A stretch of 64,000 bases of DNA from Raillietiella orientalis (Eukaryota), in contig JAYWIR010000081.1 in the NCBI GenBank assembly GCA_036172245.1, forward strand, positions 62,001 to 126,000, given 5' to 3'. Positions 58,600 through 64,000 of the stretch are shown one piece after another. The notes under the pieces were generated by a model that had not been told where the DNA came from, searched no databases, and was given only the letters and a program-made list of their open reading frames with translations. A program made the position numbers and the translations under genes. The stretch's first letter is position 1. Each line of letters opens with the position of its first letter.

Positions 58600-60800
58600 A
58601 GCGCGTGACCCACAGCTTCGAAAACAATTTGACGTCCGTATTCACTGATGTGATCGGACGCCAGTTGTTGAGTTCTCGCATTTTCCCTCCTTTCGGTAGG
58701 AGACGCACCCTCGCTGAGCGGAAGGAAGAAGGGACATCGCCCGTCACCCTCATCAGCGTCGAGTTTCTAAACACCAGTGGGGCGAGTTCCGCCGCGAAGC
58801 TCTTATAGAACTAAGCGTGCAGTCCGTCCTCACCTGGAGTCTTCCGTCTTTTGAGTCCTGCGATGGCGTAAGAAACTTCCTCCAACGCAAAGAACTCGTC
58901 GAGACGAGCGCGATCCTCCTCGCCGATGCCATGTGCAGCCCGCAGGAAAAGTAGTTCGGACAGGACTCTTTCCGTCGGGGAATCAGCGTAGAGCAAGGAG
59001 AAGTGACGCTTTAGTGCTCGCCGCACTTCGGCAGGATCCGTGCATTCCCGGCCTTGGTCGTCGAGCAGAATAGCCTCTCCAGACTGCCAGACCTGGCTCT
59101 CGGCCCTCGCCTTTTACTCTGCGAGTTGCCGGAATTCCGCACGTCTCGAGAAGGTGCGCGCCTGCAGAAATGCTCTGCTATTGGCCACGCCTTCCCCGGA
59201 GCTACGTGGTAGCAGGTGCAGGGGGAACCGGTCGCAAAACTCGGGAACCGATCTTTTAAGATGGTCCCAGTCTGCGAGTTCCCGGATGGCAAAGCCGCAA
59301 AGGAACTGGCGAAGATGCTTCGCCGTTTCCGGGTGACTCAGCCAATCCGTCGGCATCCTCCAAACATTGTTTGCAGGTCCCTTGCCCAGAGGGAGTAGCT
59401 CGAACTCCAGCCTATCATGGTCCGATAACGTGGACGGCACACTGCCTCTCCTTCCCATTCGCGAGAGCAGGTTCTCATCCAAGTAGAGGTTAACCACGCA
59501 CATTTCCAGTCCAGGCTCGCCGGCTTCCAAGTTACGCGCGTGCACCGACGCGCCTGCCTCTTCCACAAGCGACCGTTTTGCCAAGGACCGCGTCTCGTTG
59601 GAAAGCTGGCAGACGCTGATGTCCCCTGCGACGAGATGCGCCACTCTTGTTCCGGAGTTTGTAAGCCATTGGCTCTCCAGCACGTCGAAGAACTTGATTC
59701 TTTCGACACGCCGATGAAAGCCGCTCGGCGCGCAGACGTTCGTTACGACGAGGTCGATTGAATCTGACCACTTGAGTTTAAGTTGGCCCATTCGCCCTTC
59801 CTGGTCAAATCGAATGCTGCACACTGCTCCCGCCATCCTACTATTGACGGGAAAACCGACTCCGCACGATTGTGCGGAACCTTCTCGCCAGTACAGGGTG
59901 CCACCCGCTCGCTGTTCCATTTCGGCAACCTCCGCATCGGAAATGTAATGCATCTCCTGAAGGATCGCAAAATCGAAATGTCGCAGGGTGTCTGACACGT
60001 CGCGTTTCTTTGCGTCCCTGCCCATCCCATTGACGTTCCAACAGGCTACGCTGAATCGACAAAAAGAGGCGACTTCCTGCATTAAGGCTGGGAAGGTGAG
60101 CACAGATTTCTCGCCTTGTCCGGCGAGTGGTTACGAGACAGAGCGGTCGATCTCGGAGACTAAACATCTCCATTCGGAGCCTCAAAGCTTGCTGCCGGTA
60201 CCTCGAAGGTGAGGTTTTTTTCCTCTTCTTTGCTATCCAGCAACAGTTTCTCCTCGGCAACCACGCGCTTGCGGGTCTTCGGGCGGCGATTCCGCGGTTT
60301 CGGGTGGTTGTTTCGCTCTGTGCTCTTTTTGTCGGATTCTGGATCAGAATCCGACAGTCAAGGGCTTGCCAGGCGCTGCTGCTGTTTCCCGTAATTAGGG
60401 AAATCGTTCGCTGCTGGTTTGTTAGCGCTTTCTGAAACTGCGGCTGAGAGTTTCGTCCTTCTAGCCGCAGCAGCAGCTTTTCGCTCCATTCGCGAGAGGA
60501 CGACTCCGCAGGAGTAAAGAATCGGAATCTTTTTCTGGGAGGGTTTCGCGGATTTCTTTCGCTCACTCACCTTCACACAGAGCTGCGAAGGCCTCGATGG
60601 TTTCTTTCTAATGATCTTTCTCACCTGCATCCAGCCTTCTTCCTTCGCGTGGCAGTTATTTTTGCCATCCTGAGATAGCGCTGCTTCTACGGATGTAAGA
60701 GGCGTTGCCTTTGCTGCCTCTTGGAGTGCTGCCTGCACGAAGGCGTACGCAAATCCCTTAACGATCGCGAGAGCCTTGCGCACGGGCGGTATCGCCGCCG
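58600..60800 (-). mobile_element. Family X-like copy: ORF1 tail, APE (59114..60103), start of RT
   Basis: CWNVNG, ILQEMH, AGD, SDH, KTPGEDGL, NWRPIT. Confidence 0.85.
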
Positions 60801-60889
60801 CTGAACGAAAGGGAGGCGTGATTATTGCTAGTTTAAAACTATACCCAAAACCACGCCAAGGCAGTGTTCAAAACCACTGCCAAGGCAAT

Positions 60890-63800
60890 TTTTGAGTGCC
60901 CTGAGAGGGCAAGTGTTTGAGTGAACGCCAGTGTGGAAAGAGTGCAACCGGGGACCATCATCATCTGCAGCAGCAGCGCCGAGAAGTCCACGGTGGAAGT
61001 TCTGCAGTCGTATTGAGCAGCCGGAACAGCTGCCAGGATGCAGGCATCTGGAGTTGGAGGAGTGGTAAGGCTATCGTCCCCTATGTAAGCCATGGAGGTA
61101 AGGTGCGGCAACGGCGAGGTGGCGGCAGGCATGCCGAGGAACGCGCCCGCAGTTGGCTTTGTTGCGCCTGCGGCGGCGATGCCGAGGGTCGTGCCCGCGG
61201 CGAGGACGGGGAAGGTCGCGCCTGCGGCGGCGATGCCGAGGGTGCCGCCCGCGGCGGTAACGGCGGCAACATCGAGGTTTGCGCCTGCGGCGGCGGCGTC
61301 CCAGGCGGGACCCGCGGGCGTCGACGCGGTGCAGGGAGCGACGAAATCTTGTTCGGCTGCGGCGTCGCAGCCCATTTCTTCTGCGTCGGTGGCGGCTGGA
61401 CAGGCGAGTGTCCACCCACCTAGGAAATCTGGTAAGATGCTTAGCGGAAAAGTTCCAAAAGTGGACCGACCAATAGTCGAAATAAGCCCCAACGTGAAGC
61501 CCATTATCTTCAAGACCGGGCTAATAAAATTTAATAACATCAGGGCGGTCTATTTGTCCCTCGACAAGGCGGACATAGACTTTGATTGCATTCAGGCGAT
61601 CATTCTATCGAACAACGGGTTCACAGACTTTACAGACTGTGGATACTTTAGAGAGCGATTGATCCAGAAGGGGATCAATATACAAGGGCGGATGGTTTGT
61701 GGTATTGGCGAGATGCCACACACCACCGTCTTTATAAACGGCATCTCCATCCTCACACCGCAACTAGCGGTGTGGAATTACTTGGAGCAGTTTTGGATTT
61801 CTGGACCTTGATTTCCAGAACTTCTCTGGAAACATATTTTCTGGCGACATGATCGCCAAGATGAAGATGAGGGAACGAGCGGTGATCCCTGGATTCGCCG
61901 TTATTGACGAAAAATCCCAGGGTGTGAATGTGCGTTACCGGTAACAACCGGTATTCTGCACCAGGTGCAAGCAGTTCGGCCACAGGGCCGGCGCTTGCAC
62001 AACTTGCAGCTGCTTTCGCTGCGGCAAAGTAGGACATCAAGTCCGAAACTGCCCTCAGCCGGAGGTGTGCTCCTTCTGCAAGAAACACGGACATGTAAAA
62101 TGGAGCTGTCCGGAGTTTGAAAACTGCAGAAGGATTCGAGGTCTCTCTTCCGTGAGAGAGAGAAATATCAAGGAGGCCGAATAGCCTCAAAAGGCAGGAA
62201 GGCCGAAGAAGGTGAAAGAAGCCGTCCCGTTGTCGGCGGGCGCCTTCATAAAGGTGGGAAGGAAGGGAAAGAGGAGGATGCTCGTCAAGGAGCAAGCAAC
62301 TCCTCAAATCCTGGAAGCAGCAGAGCAGGAAGGCGAGAAGATGGAGGTAGCGCAGGAAGGCGCGAAGGAAGAGAGACAGGAAGCCACTAAAGTGTCGCAG
62401 GAGGCTCTGCAGACCACGGAGGAGTTAACAACACTGGCGGAGGAGATCATGGAGGTGCAGAGCGGTCCTCAGCAAGAGAAAATCTTGCAGAAGATCTGCA
62501 CTGCACAAGAGAACATCAACCAGGTGGTGGAGGTCGCTGAACGCGAGAAGTTAGGGAACAGCTTCTCGACGTGAAGGCGAATTTCTGCGCCAAGGTCGAG
62601 ATTGAGGCGCTATCGCGAAAACTGATCGCGCGGGCCGAACACTCGACGGAGGAGGCGGAAGTAACCGACCTCACAGGTACGGTGAGTGACGCCGGCAGCG
62701 AGAAGCCCGCTGCTTCTTCATTGTCTGGAAGAGCACGCTCTCTCAGACAGAAGAAGCTCAGGAAGGCCAAAAAATAGGTCTTCCCCTTTTATGGCCTCTT
62801 CCCTATCCACCGCCAGGAAGATGAACATCGCCTTCTGGAACGTAAACGGTGTGGTCGACCAGGGAAAAAGAAGAAGGATTGTGCGGACCATCGCACAACA
62901 AGACATCGTGTGCCTGCAGGAGACCCACAGGATGGGTCTCGAGATCAGCCAGCGAATGGAACGGCGATTCAACGGGCAGATGTACGTCAGCAAAGGAGAA
63001 CGGAACACGAAGGGTGTGGAGGTGCTACTAAAGAACTACTTAGCCCGCACTATTCTGGAAGTGTTCTGTCCCCAACCCGTACGAACCATCGGCGTGCGAC
63101 TGGCCTGGACCGCAACTGTTCACCTTATCCTGGTGAACGTGTACGGCTTGCACAGACTAAAACATCGTTGTGCGGAGGCGCTGCATGCAACACTCCTGCA
63201 AAAGGTCGCCCTTAAGGACGTCGTTATTGTTGCTGGCGATCTCAACATCTTGGATGAGATCATTCATTCAGAAGACGCCAGAGGAAGGACGGCGTATCAA
63301 CGGCTATCCGACGAGTTCGGACTGGTCTGGCGAACAGCAAGCCACAAGCCGATCGATCACGTCCTGCACAGCACCGAACTTAAGAACCGCATCCAGGAAT
63401 TTCGCGACACTATGACTACGGTGTCCGATCACCCCCTGGTGCGGTTTCCCCTAAGAACGGAGAATCCTCGGCGGAGACAAGGCACCAGGGCAGCGCTCTT
63501 CAGCATGCCTGCCTGGTTCGAAACCCTTTTCTGACATCAGGCTGTCCTGGAGGCAATTCTGAAAGCAACAACAATCCGAAGAGTCGCCGACTGGGACAGC
63601 CTGAAACACAGGATACACCTGTTTGCGAACATGCAGGATACACCTCGCGATTGAGGCAAGAGGCGTACCGGGAGCTGAACATCCAAGATCGCTCCCTCTC
63701 AAAGTACTTCGATCAGTACTAGAGTCGGTACGTCCTCAATAACATAAAAGGGGAAGTAGGCGTGCTGGAGAAGAGAAATCTGGCAACAGATATCTTCTGC

Positions 63801-64000
63801 ATCCAGTACGACGGCCAAAAGCGACAGTCGTCTGAGGACATCGTGGATGCCTTTCACAGTGATTACACGAAACACTTCGGGCGACAACAGCTGTGTCGCT
63901 CTAGTCAACAGGGCTTCTTGAGCTATCTCGAGAAGAGGACCGACGACCTCCAGCGGAACAGACTGGAGGAGGAGTTCTCCGAAGAAGAGGTGAAGACTGC
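60890..64000 (+). mobile_element. Family Y copy running off the window end
   Basis: Colinear with 49100-52220. Confidence 0.9.

Noticed and set aside
26600..64000. Numerous overlapping antisense ORFs
   Set aside because: Shadow frames of GC-rich LINE sequence with no independent motifs

Overview
Eukaryotic (probably invertebrate metazoan) repeat-dense DNA with no ordinary host gene; coordinates were read by eye and junctions may be off by a few bases. (1) 1.3-5.3 kb holds two endogenous CRESS (circular Rep-encoding ssDNA) virus sequences. One is an apparently intact unit-length 2,257-bp genome (spliced rep, TAGTATTAC stem-loop origin, Arg-rich capsid). It sits inside the RT gene of a retrotransposon so that both frames fuse reciprocally, giving a potential HUH-SF3 helicase-RT ORF. 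(2) 2-26.6 kb is a mosaic of + strand 28S rDNA fragments and - strand NeSL/Utopia/R5-like (zinc finger-RT-RLE) non-LTR elements. These appear to insert site-specifically and antisense at the helix-69/R2 region of 28S. One copy has a 2-kb 5' UTR with a motif phased every 183 bp and a candidate intron. (3) 26.6-64 kb is a nested, mostly decayed cluster of two L1/Tx1-like families (called X and Y here), with recurring head-to-head arrangements and a conserved 3'-terminal hairpin.
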